DNA of 64,000 nucleotides from Eledone cirrhosa (Eukaryota): NCBI GenBank assembly GCA_964016885.1, contig OZ024743.1, positions 373,178,001 to 373,242,000 of the forward strand, read 5' to 3'. Shown piece by piece: positions 52,010 to 64,000 of this stretch (position 1 is its first letter; each line of letters starts with the position of its first letter). The notes under the pieces were generated by a model. It saw only the letters and a program-made list of their open reading frames with translations, ran no database searches and was not told where the DNA came from. The position numbers and the translations under genes were made by a program.

Positions 52010-52088
52010 TGTATATGCATATGTCATTATCATCATTTAACATGGAAGTAAAATAGTGGTTTTTGTTAATTTCTGTTTTCCATTGTAG

Positions 52089-52203
52089 TGTGTGTGGCTG
52101 GTCTGCAAGGTGCTACCCTATGTAATATGTACCAAGCCATGGACTGTGTTAAAATGTTGATCTTTAACTACAAGGCTTCAGAAACTTTTGACAAGATTTG
52201 CAA
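52089..52203 (+). CDS. Exon 2 of small secreted six-Cys protein (VCVAGLQGATLCNMYQAMDCVKMLIFNYKASETFDKICK)
   Basis: Acceptor ttctgttttccattgtAG. Open in phase 1, completes the signal peptide, ends at phase-2 donor AA|gtaaat. Confidence 0.85.
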
Positions 52204-53305
52204 GTAAATTGTTTTTATAACTATACCTTGAAGCAGCTCACACTCACACATAAAACTACACACACACACTTACACACTCACACACACTCTCACACACTCA
52301 CACACACATACACACTCACACACACACATATGTTGTTGATGACGATGATGTTCATTTGTTTTTTCTTGTCTTTGCCCACCTTTTTTTTTGTATTCATTTT
52401 GTATATAATTGTAGACACACGGGAGTCTTTTTTCAAAACACACACACACACACATAACAAATATTTATTGATGATATGGTGACACCTTACTTGTGGTATA
52501 GTCATATTCATTATATATATAGCTATTTTAGGTATTTACAAACTCAGACAAAACTAAATCGGTATGCCTCATTTGCATAACAACAGCAGCATTGACAATG
52601 TGAAGTACTAAATTCCTGAGATGCTGAGATGTTGAAAATAGTCAGATCAATTCATTTTTCTGGTCACAGAATGAAATCTCTGTGTTTTAACCAGTGTCTA
52701 CTTTTCACAGCTAAAAATGTATGTAAACTCATAATTGTTTCTACTTTTTGGCACAAGGCCAGCAATTATCCAGTGCATTACTGGTACTTTATTTTATCGA
52801 CCCTGTAAGGATGAAAGGTAAAGTTAACCTCAGTGGGATTTGAACTCAAACCGTAAAGGGACGTAACTACACTGGAAAGCATGTCCGACCCTCTACCGAT
52901 ACTGCCAAAATGATGAAACATGCTAGTAAGTTTACTTTATATATATAAACACAGACAGTTCCCTCTCATCAATTGATTGCTGGAGATATGTTGTTTTGGT
53001 ACTTTAAGATTGATACAACTGGTTCCCATCATACACATGGGACAAACAGACATAAGACAGGACAAGTGGTCTTTCAACTATTTATAAATAAGATATAATT
53101 GTTTCTACTTTTGGCACAAGGCCAGCAATTGCTACAAACCAATGTGCTGCAACTGGAAAGAAGAGAAATAGGATGACAACAAGACGATGATGAGATGATA
53201 TTGATAATGATGATGATTATGATGATGATGATGACAGTGATGCTGAACCTCCCCCACTAAATCTGAAACACATTTTATGTTACTTTCTTCTTTCTTCTTT
53301 GACAG

Positions 53306-53429
53306 GAACAGTCAGAAATTTGTGAACTGTGCCAGACCACTGACAGCTGGTTGTGGAAAAACCATCCAGAGGTTGTTTGTTAAAACCATAAGATCAATGA
53401 GATTGGCAGGTTGTTCAATCAACAGCTGA
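53306..53429 (+). CDS. Exon 3 (terminal) of small secreted six-Cys protein (NSQKFVNCARPLTAGCGKTIQRLFVKTIRSMRLAGCSINS*)
   Basis: Strong polypyrimidine acceptor ttctttcttctttgacAG. Phase-2 reading matches exon 2. TGA at 53427-53429; AATAAA at 53786 and 53795. Confidence 0.85.
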
Positions 53430-54032
53430 GAAATATGCAGCAACCTGGAATCCACCATTTTGTCATTTGTGTTTTTTTTTTCAATATATATATATAGGAA
53501 AATGTTTAACCCCGACGGCAGAGCTCAAGCCGTTTCGATGGCTATTTCTGGACTCTGTGTCCAGAAATAGCCGTCGGGGTTAAACATTTTCCTATTACCC
53601 ACTCTACTACCCTAAATATTGAGTACTCTAGTGCGTTATGGTCCATCTGGTTCCTTACCACACCTCCTTCGTTATATATCTATATCTATATATATAGATT
53701 GTATGCTCTTGTCCACATTAAGATACTTATAATAAGATTAATTAGCTAAAAGTTTTATGGAAGGAAAAATAATTAAATCAATAAGAATAAATTCAATAAA
53801 TGAATTAGAAAAAAATCTTGAATTATTTTCTTGTTCTTTGCCCACTTATTCCTGAGAGGGTCATGGTGGAAGAGTCCTTAAACACTCTTTCCAGCAGGTC
53901 CTGTCAGAAGTGAGAGAGAGAGAGACCGAGAGAGAGTGAGTGAGTGAGAGAGAGAGAGTGTGTATGTATTTGTATGTGCGCATGTGTGTGTGTGTGTGAG
54001 AGAGAGAAATCTACTCACACTATCAGATTTAA

Positions 54033-54253
54033 CCCTTTAACATTTAAACCGGCCATATCCAGCCAGAATTCTCTCACCTCTTTCTGTTCAAACTGGCTGT
54101 AACTGGCCGCTCACACTGATGTTAAGGTATTGTTCTCAAAATAGATAATATCAAAATCTCATAGATTCAATATTATGTGAGATAGTTATGAGAGGTAAAG
54201 CTTTTACCATGAAAATATAATAGTAAATATAGAGTAATGTAAATGCTAAAGGG
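54033..54253. mobile_element. piggyBac-type MITE (about 220 bp); other copies at about 10098-10282, 10499-10700, 11258-12501 (interrupted), 30142-30360, 41349-41493, 41539-41752, 61403-61771
   Basis: TTAA|CCCTTTA(A/G)CATTTA...TAAATGCTAAAGGG|TTAA terminal inverted repeats with TTAA target duplication. Confidence 0.85.
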
Positions 54254-55191
54254 TTAAACAGCACCTGAAACCATCATTGATCCCATATTACTAAACTATT
54301 TCTTTTAAAGTGTTTATATGAATCTAAAACCCTTCCGTGATAATTTTATGTAAGAATATTTGTTGAGTTATGCTCCAGACACTAACTTAATAATGGGAAA
54401 GTTATATTCTTTACTAAATCCTGTCAAATTCTTGATTGTTTTCAAAATTACTTGAAAATCATTCCACACACAAACACACACTAGTGACCAAAGATAGCAT
54501 ATAAACACATAAACACACACAGACTCAGATGCGAACACACCAAACAGAATATATGCACACAAACACATGTGCAAACAGAGACAGCAAAAAAAAAAAAAAC
54601 GTTATAGAAACACAATGGGAGGAAACACAGTGATTATCACTGAAAATGTCACAGAATTTTGTGATGAAAGAACTTTGAGAAATTATATTTATATTTATAC
54701 TTTTAACTGAACATTGATTGCCAGCTAAATTATTTATGGAAATATAAAAAAAAAAATACTGAAACTGAAGTGAAAACAGTGAGTGTGTTTTACAAATATT
54801 TTGGCAATATTAGGACATTACCCTCCCCAAATATCTGTTTCAACACACGATTTCATATAAAAAACCTTGCAAAACAAATACATCACCGCCATAGGCTGTT
54901 TATTTTATCAAACAATCATAGGCAATGTCTTTTACTAGAAATATGATAATAAAAGGGTTAAGAAATTTGATATTTTAAAACATTTATTAGACATTTTGGT
55001 GAGGTAAAAGAAGAAAATAATATAGGATTTGTTTTTGTTATTGGTGTTGGTGATATGCTATGATAAAGTTTATTGATAGCTGTACTTTAATTAAAGCTGT
55101 AATTGTAGCTTTGTGTAATTATGAGAGGAGATCGTGTTGTAGAACGGAATGTGCTGATTCTTGACTGGTGATGAATAAAGAGAAGACAGCA

Positions 55192-55232
<41 letters not shown>

Positions 55233-55560
55233 TGTGTGTGTGTGTGTGAGAGAAAGAAAGAGAGAGAAGAAGAATATTCACTTTTATATTTCTAGTATAA
55301 ACTAATCATACATATATACATACAGACAAGATATATATGCTAGCGTGGAAGATGGACGTTAAACGATGATGATGATGATGATGATATATATATATATATA
55401 TATATAAGCAAAAGGGATATTCAATTTGTTGGTAATTCAACAAATATAAATGTTTATAACTGATTCAAAGCACTCGACAAGTTTTCTGGAGTATAATATT
55501 CTTTTTTTTAATTTTTTATGATATTAAATAAATGGAAACTATATTTATAAAACCATATTT

Positions 55561-55619
55561 ATTCTATTATATATATTTCAAGAGTACCAAAACTTTGGTA
55601 CACTATCATCAGATAAAAT
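55561..55619 (-). ncRNA. Type I hammerhead ribozyme motif
   Basis: Minus strand: attttat CTGATGA tagtgtaccaaagttttggtactctt GAAA tatata TA atagaat. The plus-strand mirror copy (about 55631-55675) has lost GAAA by deletion. Confidence 0.8.
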
Positions 55620-57204
55620 ACAAAGTTTGTATTTTATCTGATGAGAGCATACCAAAGTTTTGGTATAATAGAATAAATATGGTTTTATAAATATAGTTTC
55701 CATTTATTTAATATCATTGTATATATATATATATGCTAGCGTGGAAGATGGACGTTAAACGATGATGATGATATATATATATATATATATCACAAAAACA
55801 TTCAGCCCACATTGTAAAGTGGTTGGTATTAGGAAGGGCATCCAGCCATATAAATCGAGCCAGAAACAGTCCTATATGAGCAAGATATGGTCTACTGACC
55901 CAACTTGCCTCTAATGGGACAACCTGTCTAACCCATGCTAGCATGAAAAATGGACGTTAAACGATGATGATGATGATGATGATGATGACGATGATATATC
56001 AGTCCACCCTATAAGGAGTCATACTGGTGACACAAGAAATGCCCCTAGTCCACGATATAAGATGTTTATGCTGGTGTCATGACAAAAGAGCACCTAGCCC
56101 TCCCTGTAAGTTGGTCATGCTGATGACATGATGAATAAGCACCCAGTCTACCCTGTAAGATGGTCATGTTGGTGATATGATAGGAGGCACCCAGTCCACT
56201 CTGTGAAGTGGTTGGGTTGGTGGCTCGACAGAAGTCACCCGGTCCAGACATAACAAAGAGCACCCAGTCTTCTCTGTAAAAAGCACCCAGTTCATCATGT
56301 AGAGGGTTGTGTTAGCAGCATGACAATAAATGGCCAGTCTACCCAGTAAAATGGTCATGTTGGTGACATGACCAAAAGTGTTCAGTCAACACTGTAAAGT
56401 GGTCATGGTGTTAACATGACAAAAAAAAAAACGTTCAGTCTGCACTGCAAAGTGGTTGTGTTGGTGTCACCACAAAAAAGTGCTCAGTCCACACAAGAAA
56501 GTGGTTATTTTAATACAATAAAAAAAGCACCCAGGCCACACTGTAAATGTGGTTGCCATTAGGAAGGCCATCCAGCCATTGTTGAAATGTAGTAGTACTA
56601 GTACCACAATAAAATGCACAGTGTTCAGCCTACACTAGTATGTGGAAGTGGTAGTATCATGATAAAATGCACGCAGCTCACCCTATCAGGTGATAAAGGA
56701 AGGTACTACAAGAAAACAAACCCAGTACACACCATAAAGTCATTGGCATTAACAGTGCCATATTTTGGACAAACGAGGCCCTGTGCTAGTTAAGTTATGA
56801 GGCCCCTTACTTGGACCCTGAAAGAAGTAAAACATTTTTTTGGCAGAAAGATGGGCCTGCCTGGCCAACGGGGCCCTGTGCTTAAGCACACCTAAGCACA
56901 ATGGTAAATCCAGCACTGGCCATTAGGTAGGGCATTCACTCGTAGAAATTATGCCAAAACAGAAGATATGAACAAATACAGTCATCTGATTTGCCTGCCT
57001 AGCCTCAGAACATGACATGTCTAACCCATGCAAGCATGGAAAGTAGACGTAAAATGGTGATGATCACAATGCATATGAATACATGTCTCTATGTGTGTGT
57101 GTTTATGTCCTGTAAATTAGCAGTTCAACAAAAAGAGATCGATAAAATAGCTATCATACTTGAAAAACTAAGTGGTGATGGCAGAATTGGTGGTAGTTGT
57201 GGTG

Positions 57205-60200
57205 GTGATAGTGTTAGTGGTGTGGGCTGGTAATAGATGTATTGGTGGTGGTGTTAGTGGTGTAGGCTGGTAATAGATGTATAGGTGATAGTGTTAGTGG
57301 TGTGGGCTGGTAATAGATGTATAGGTGGTGGTGTTAGTGGTGTGGGCTGGTAGTAGATGTATTGGTGGTGGTGTTAGTGGTGTGGGCTGGTAGTAGATGT
57401 ATAGGTGGTGGGGTTAGTAGTGTGGGCTGGTAATAGATGTATTGGTGGTGGTGTTAGTGGTGTGGGCTGGTAGTAGATGTATAGGTGGTGGTGTTAGTGG
57501 TGTGGGCTGGTAGTAGATGTATAGGTGGTGGGGTTAGTAGTGTGGGCTGGTAATAGATGTATAGGTGGTGGTGTTAGTGGTGTGGGCTGGTAATAGATGT
57601 ATTGGTGGTAGTGTTAGTGGTGTGGGCTGGTAATAGATGTATTGGTGGTAGTGTTAGTGGTGTGGGCTGGTAATAGATGTATTGGTGGTAGTGTTAGTGG
57701 TGTGGGCTGGTAATAGATGTATTGGTGGTAGTGTTAGTGGTGTAGGCTGGTAGTAGATGTATAGGTGGTGGTGTTAGTGGTGTAGGCTGGTAATAGATGT
57801 ACTGGTGGTGGTGTTAGTGGTGTAGGCTGGTAGTAGATGTATAGGTGGTGGTGTTAGTGGTGTGGGCTGGTAGTAGATGTATTGGTGGTGGTGTTAGTGG
57901 TGTAGGCTGGTAGTAGATGTATAGGTGGTGGTGTTAGTGGTGTAGGCTGGTAGTAGATGTATTGGTGGTAGTGTTAGTGGTGTAGGCTGGTAGTAGATGT
58001 ATAGGTGGTGGTGTTAGTGGTGTAGGCTGGTAGTAGATGTATAGGTGGTGGTGTTAGTGGTGTAGGCTGGTAGTAGATGTATAGGTGGTAGTGTTAGTGG
58101 TGTAGGCTGGTAGTAGATGTACTGGTGGTAGTGTTAGTGGTGTAGGCTGGTAGTAGATGTATAGGTGGTGGTGTTAGTGGTGTAGGCTGGTAATAGATGT
58201 ATAGGTGGTGGTGTTAGTGGTGTGGGCTGGTAATAGATGTATAGGTGGTGGTGTTAGTGGTGTGGGCTGGTAATAGATGTATTGGTGGTGGTGTTAGTGG
58301 TGTAGGCTGGTAGTAGATGTATTGGTGGTGGTGTTAGTGGTGTAGGCTGGTAGTAGATGTATTGGTGGTAGTGTTAGTGGTGTGGGCTGGTAGTAGATGT
58401 ATAGGTGGTGGTGTTAGTGGTGTAGGCTGGTAGTAGATGTATTGGTGGTAGTGTTAGTGGTGTGGGCTGGTAGTAGATGTATTGGTGGTGGTGTTAGTGG
58501 TGTAGGCTGGTAGTAGATGTATAGGTGGTGGTGTTAGTGGTGTAGGCTGGTAATAGATGTATTGGTGGTGGTGTTAGTGGTGTAGGCTGGTAGTAGATGT
58601 ATAGGTGGTGGTGTTAGTGGTGTAGGCTGGTAATAGATGTATAGGTGGTGGTGTTAGTGGTGTAGGCTGGTAATAGATGTATAGGTGGTGGTGTTAGTGG
58701 TGTGGGCTGGTAGTAGATGTATAGGTGGTGGTGTTAGTGGTGTAGGCTGGTAGTAGATGTATTGGTGGTAGTGTTAGTGGTGTAGGCTGGTAGTAGATGT
58801 ATTGGTGGTAGTGTTAGTGGTGTGGGCTGGTAGTAGATGTATAGGTGGTGGTGTTAGTGGTGTAGGCTGGTAATAGATGTATTGGTGGTAGTGTTAGTGG
58901 TGTAGGCTGGTAATAGATGTATTGGTGGTAGTGTTAGTGGTGTAGGCTGGTAATAGATGTATAGGTGGTGGTGTTAGTGGTGTGGGCTGGTAATAGATGT
59001 ACTGGTGGTGGTGTTAGTGGTGTAGGCTGGTAGTAGATGTATTGGTGGTAGTGTTAGTGGTGTGGGCTGGTAATAGATGTATTGGTGGTGGTGTTAGTGG
59101 TGTAGGCTGGTAATAGATGTATAGGTGATAGTGTTAGTGGTGTGGGCTGGTAATAGATGTATAGGTGGTGGTGTTAGTGGTGTGGGCTGGTAGTAGATGT
59201 ATTGGTGGTGGTGTTAGTGGTGTGGGCTGGTAGTAGATGTATAGGTGGTGGGGTTAGTAGTGTGGGCTGGTAATAGATGTATTGGTGGTGGTGTTAGTGG
59301 TGTGGGCTGGTAGTAGATGTATAGGTGGTGGTGTTAGTGGTGTGGGCTGGTAGTAGATGTATAGGTGGTGGGGTTAGTAGTGTGGGCTGGTAATAGATGT
59401 ATAGGTGGTGGTGTTAGTGGTGTGGGCTGGTAGTAGATGTATAGGTGGTGGTGTTAGTGGTGTGGGCTGGTAATAGATGTATTGGTGGTAGTGTTAGTGG
59501 TGTGGGCTGGTAATAGATGTATAGGTGGTGGTGTTAGTGGTGTGGGCTGGTAATAGATGTATTGGTGGTAGTGTTAGTGGTGTGGGCTGGTAATAGATGT
59601 ATAGGTGGTGGTGTTAGTGGTGTGGGCTGGTAATAGATGTATAGGTGGTGGTGTTAGTGGTGTAGGCTGGTAGTAGATGTATTGGTGGTAGTGTTAGTGG
59701 TGTGGGCTGGTAATAGATGTATTGGTGGTAGTGTTAGTGGTGTAGGCTGGTAATAGATGTATAGGTGGTGGTGTTAGTGGTGTGGGCTGGTAATAGATGT
59801 ATTGGTGGTAGTGTTAGTGGTGTAGGCTGGTAATAGATGTATAGGTGGTGGTGTTAGTGGTGTGGGCTGGTAGTAGATGTATAGGTGGTGGTGTTAGTGG
59901 TGTGGGCTGGTAATAGATGTATAGGTGATAGTGTTAGTGGTGTAGGCTGGTAGTAGATGTATTGGTGGTAGTGTTAGTGGTGTAGGCTGGTAATAGATGT
60001 ATTGGTGGTGGTGTTAGTGGTGTGGGCTGGTAATAGATGTATTGGTGGTGGTGTTAGTGGTGTGGGCTGGTAATAGTTGTATAGGTGATAGTGTTAGTGG
60101 TGTAGGCTGGTAGTAGATGTATTGGTGGTAGTGTTAGTGGTGTAGGCTGGTAATAGATGTACTGGTGGTGGTGTTAGTGGTGTGGGCTGGTAGTAGATGT

Positions 60201-61050
60201 ATAGGTGGTGGTGTTAGTGGTGTAGGCTGGTAATAGATGTATTGGTGGTAGTGTTAGTGGTGTGGGCTGGTAGTAGATGTATAGGTGGTGGTGTTAGTGG
60301 TGTAGGCTGGTAATAGATGTATAGGTGGTGGTGTTAGTGGTGTAGGCTGGTAGTAGATGTATTGGTGGTAGTGTTAGTGGTGTAGGCTGGTAATAGATGT
60401 ATTGGTGGTGGTGTTAGTGGTGTGGGCTGGTAGTAGATGTATTGGTGGTAGTGTTAGTGGTGTGGGCTGGTAATAGATGTATAGGTGGTGGTGTTAGTGG
60501 TGTGGACTGGTAATAGTTGTATAGGTGATAGTGTTAGTGGTGTAGGCTGGTAGTAGATGTATTGGTAGTAGTGTTAGTGGTGTGGGCTGGTAGTAGTTGT
60601 TTTAGTGGTGTAGGCTGGTAGTAGATGTATTGGTGGTGGTGTTAGTGGTGTAGGCTGGTAATAGATGTATTGGTGGTGGTGTTAGTGGTGTGGACTGGTA
60701 ATAGTTGTATAGGTGATAGTGTTAGTGGTGTAGGCTGGTAGTAGATGTATTGGTAGTAGTGTTAGTGGTGTGGGCTGGTAGTAGTTGTTTTAGTGGTGTA
60801 GGCTGGTAGTAGATGTATTGGTGGTGGTGTTAGTGGTGTAGGCTGGTAATAGATGTATTGGTGGTGGTGTTAGTGGTGTGGACTGGTAATAGTTGTATAG
60901 GTGATAGTGTTAGTGGTGTAGGCTGGTAGTAGATGTATTGGTGGTAGTGTTAGTGGTGTGGGCTGGTAGTAGTTGTTTTAGTGGTGTGGGCTGGTAGTAG
61001 TTGTTTTAGTGGTGTGGGCTGGTAGTAGATGTATTGGTGGTGGTGGTGAT
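57205..61050. repeat. 40-bp G/T-rich minisatellite, about 95 copies
   Basis: Unit at(t/a)ggtggt(g/a)gtgttagtggtgt(a/g)ggctggta(a/g)tagatgt. Confidence 0.97.
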
Positions 61051-62111
61051 AATCATGATGGTGTTGATGATGGTTAAGATGGTGGTGGGGTGGTGGTGGC
61101 AGTGAAGATTGTTGACTGAGTGTGAAAGGCGGAGGCAGAGATAAGACAATCCACCTGCTTCAGTTTCCATTACAGCGAACAACTGAACAGTGCAGTAGTT
61201 AATAAGATGGAATCAAAATATCAGTACTACCTCGTTGTTATGCTATCTCTCTCTCTCGGTCTCTTTTTCTCTCTCTCTGTCTCTTTCTCCCACTCTCTCT
61301 CTCTCTCTTGATGGATCTTCAATTGGTTTTGATGATGAGTATTCAGTCAGACTTGTCCAAGTGGCTGAGTATTCCACAGACATGTGTACATGACTAGAGC
61401 AACCCTTTAGAATTTAAACTGGCTGTATCCGGCCAGAATTCCCTCACCTCTTTCTGTTCAAACCGGCTGTAACTGACCACTCTTACTGATGTTAGGGTAT
61501 TGTTCTCAAAATAAATAATATCAAAATTTCATAGATTCAATATTATGTGAGACAATTATATGAGGTAAAGGCTTTAACCGTGAAAATATAATAGTAAATA
61601 TCTGTTCAAACCGGCTGTAACTGACCACTCTTACTGATGTTAGGGTATTGTTTTCAAAATAAATTATATTAAAATCTCATAGATTCAATATTATGTGAGA
61701 TAATTATGTGAGATAAAGTGTTTACTGTGAAAATATAATAGTAAATGTAGAGTAATGTAAATGCTAAAGAGTTAAATCCTTGTGAGGCCCCAAGCACTTA
61801 AAAAATTATGCTTTCCCACCAAATATAACGTCTGCAAAAAAAAAAAATGTTCTATGGAATGACTGATATATTTAATTTGGACAAAATGGTGGCCCCTTGA
61901 TGCCCTCAGTAAGTTTTTTATTTTATTTAATGGTTAACCCAGCTCTGTGTATGTAACCTTAATGTAATTCTCAGACAGAATCAGTTAGGCACAATATATG
62001 ACAAGGTTGGACCTCCAAAATACAGGTTCAGTCCATCTGACAAGTTCCTACACAATTTTCAACTGTCCAATTTCACTCATAAGGCCTGGATAAATTTGAG
62101 GTTATGGCCAA

Positions 62112-62330
62112 GACATTTGCTTAAGATTTGACACTAGCTCAAGACTCGACACTAGCTTAAGACTCGACACTCGCTCAAGATTTGATACTTGCTCAAGATT
62201 TGACACTTGTTCAGGATTTGACACTTGCTCAAGATTTGATGTTTGCTCAAGATTTGCCACTAGCTCATGATTTGACGCTTGCTCAAGATTTGACACTCGC
62301 TCAAAATTTGATACGAGCTCAAGACTCGAC
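62112..62330. repeat. 18-bp minisatellite, about 12 copies
   Basis: Unit gctcaagatttgacactt. Confidence 0.9.
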
Positions 62331-62860
62331 AGAGTGGGATTGAGTGTAGGACCTCATGAGTACAATGCAAACTTCTTAACCACTCATCCATACTTGCACT
62401 TACTCTCTCTCTCTCTCTCCTAATTATGCATTGAATCTCTAATACTCTATCTATATCCTTATCTCTCTTCCTCCATCTGCTTCTCAATCATACTCTCTAT
62501 CTCACTTTCTCTCTATTCCTGTCTCTTAATTATTTAATCACCCTCTCACTGTTGTTCACTATTTCTCTATCTCCCACTTTACTTATACCTGTTAACTTTC
62601 TTCTTCTCTCTTTTTCTTAGACCTCCCTCTCTCTCTCAATTATTCTCTCTCTTGCTTACTCCCACTCTCCCACATTCTCTCTCACTCTCTCTCTCCCACT
62701 TTCTCTTTCATTCTTTCTCTCTCTTGCTTACTTCCTCTCCTCCACTTTCTCTCTCACTATCTCTCTCTTGGTTGCTTACTCTCTCTCTCTCGTTTACCCT
62801 CTCTCCCATTCTCTCTCTTGCTTACTCCCTCTCTCTCACTTTCTCTCTCTCTTGCAACCA

Positions 62861-62906
<46 letters not shown>

Positions 62907-63464
62907 TTCTCTCTTACTCATACCCCCCCCCCCCCACCAGTTGCTCTTAACCCCCTATTAAGTAGACATTTTTTTTTATTTAACAAATCGAAATTCAGAC
63001 ATCAAACAAAATTACGATCAATATGAAGAGTTTAACAAACAATGTAGTTTGAACTAGGCAAGACCAATTCAGAAGCAAACCATACATAAACACACACATG
63101 CACACACTTATACAGACACACACACACATGCACACACTTATACAGGTACACACTTACACAGACACACACACATGCGGGCACTTATACAGACACACACACA
63201 CACATGCACATACTTATACAGGCACACACATAATGGTAAACAGTCAGTTTATTCTGGAACCAGAAGATATTCATACATACATACATACATGCATACATAC
63301 ATACATATGTGCGTACGTACGTATTTACATATATATGTACATACATACAAGCAGGCAGAAAGCTAGATAGATACACACACACACACTCACATATATTTTT
63401 ATATATATATATATATATATACACGATATTAACAAATGGAAACTATATTTATAAAACCATATTT

Positions 63465-63527
63465 ATTTCATTATATATATTTCAAGGACACCAAGTTAAA
63501 TTATGGTGTGCTTTCATCAGATAAAAT
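63465..63527 (-). ncRNA. Type I hammerhead ribozyme motif (left arm)
   Basis: Minus strand: attttat CTGATGA aagcacacca..tggtgtcctt GAAA tatata TA atgaaat. Confidence 0.85.
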
Positions 63528-63653
63528 ATAATATAGAGCAGTTTTATAAATAAATATTGACATACCCTTAAAGAATGCAACCATTACTGTTGGAAGCTCC
63601 TGGATAGGGATAAGGGTATGTCAATATTTATTTATAAAACTGCTCTATATTAT

Positions 63654-63716
63654 ATTTTATCTGATGAAAGCACACCATAATTTAACTTGGTGTCCTTGAA
63701 ATATGTATAATGAAAT
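63654..63716 (+). ncRNA. Type I hammerhead ribozyme motif (right arm)
   Basis: attttat CTGATGA aagcacaccataatttaacttggtgtcctt GAAA tatgta TA atgaaat. Confidence 0.85.
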
Positions 63717-63844
63717 AAATATGGTTTTATAAATATAGTTTCCACTTGTTGATATCGTATTTTTACTCCAATTATTTGTTGAGTGCTTTATATCAGTTAT
63801 AAAAATATTTGCTTGTTGTATCCCAACAATTTAAATAGATCTTT

Positions 63845-63896
<52 letters not shown>

Positions 63897-64000
63897 CCGC
63901 GATAATATTGCTTTTTGCTGAACTCCTTATTGTAGAGTTTTTTTTCGGAATGTTTTTGACTGTTGTTTCATGTAAACAAACATTCGTCTCATTCTGACGT

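Larger units (their letters stand above)
63423..63848. mobile_element. Fold-back hammerhead element; same family as 3876-4138 and 55387-55718
   Basis: Arms 63423-63570 and 63611-63758, tail to 63848, (TA)n flanks. Shares atattaacaaatggaaactatatttataaaac with the other copies. Confidence 0.8.

Noticed and set aside
62102-62296. SNLEQV-repeat ORF
   Set aside because: In-frame reading of an 18-bp minisatellite with no splice or other gene context.

Overview
AT-rich, microsatellite-dense animal genomic DNA, most likely octopus/cephalopod (inferred from the tandem C2H2-ZNF style, RTE LINEs with (GAT)n tails and the SINE types). Two host genes are supported. One is a 17-finger C2H2 zinc-finger gene (CDS 7128-8663, probable non-coding first exon near the window start). 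The other is a three-exon gene missing from the ORF track (27865-27904, 52089-52203, 53306-53429) that encodes a 92-aa secreted protein with six mature cysteines and has a 24-kb first intron. The rest is mobile DNA: about 10 RTE-clade LINE copies (one near full length), CRE- and CR1-type fragments, tRNA-derived SINEs, piggyBac-type MITEs, two head-to-tail Helitrons and several minisatellites. The main hidden signal is a large set of short non-coding elements inserted in (TA)n tracts that carry type I hammerhead ribozyme motifs (stem I-CUGANGA-stem II-GAAA-often palindromic stem III-UH-stem I'). About 15 motifs have a complete or near-complete core and about 8 are half motifs, from several unrelated sequence families. 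Most share one fold-back architecture (short inverted arm + long arm + 3' tail). Two instead have retrozyme-like terminal direct repeats. They resemble Penelope-like pLTRs or retrozymes, but I found no Penelope ORF. All motifs were read by eye; none was computationally or experimentally validated.
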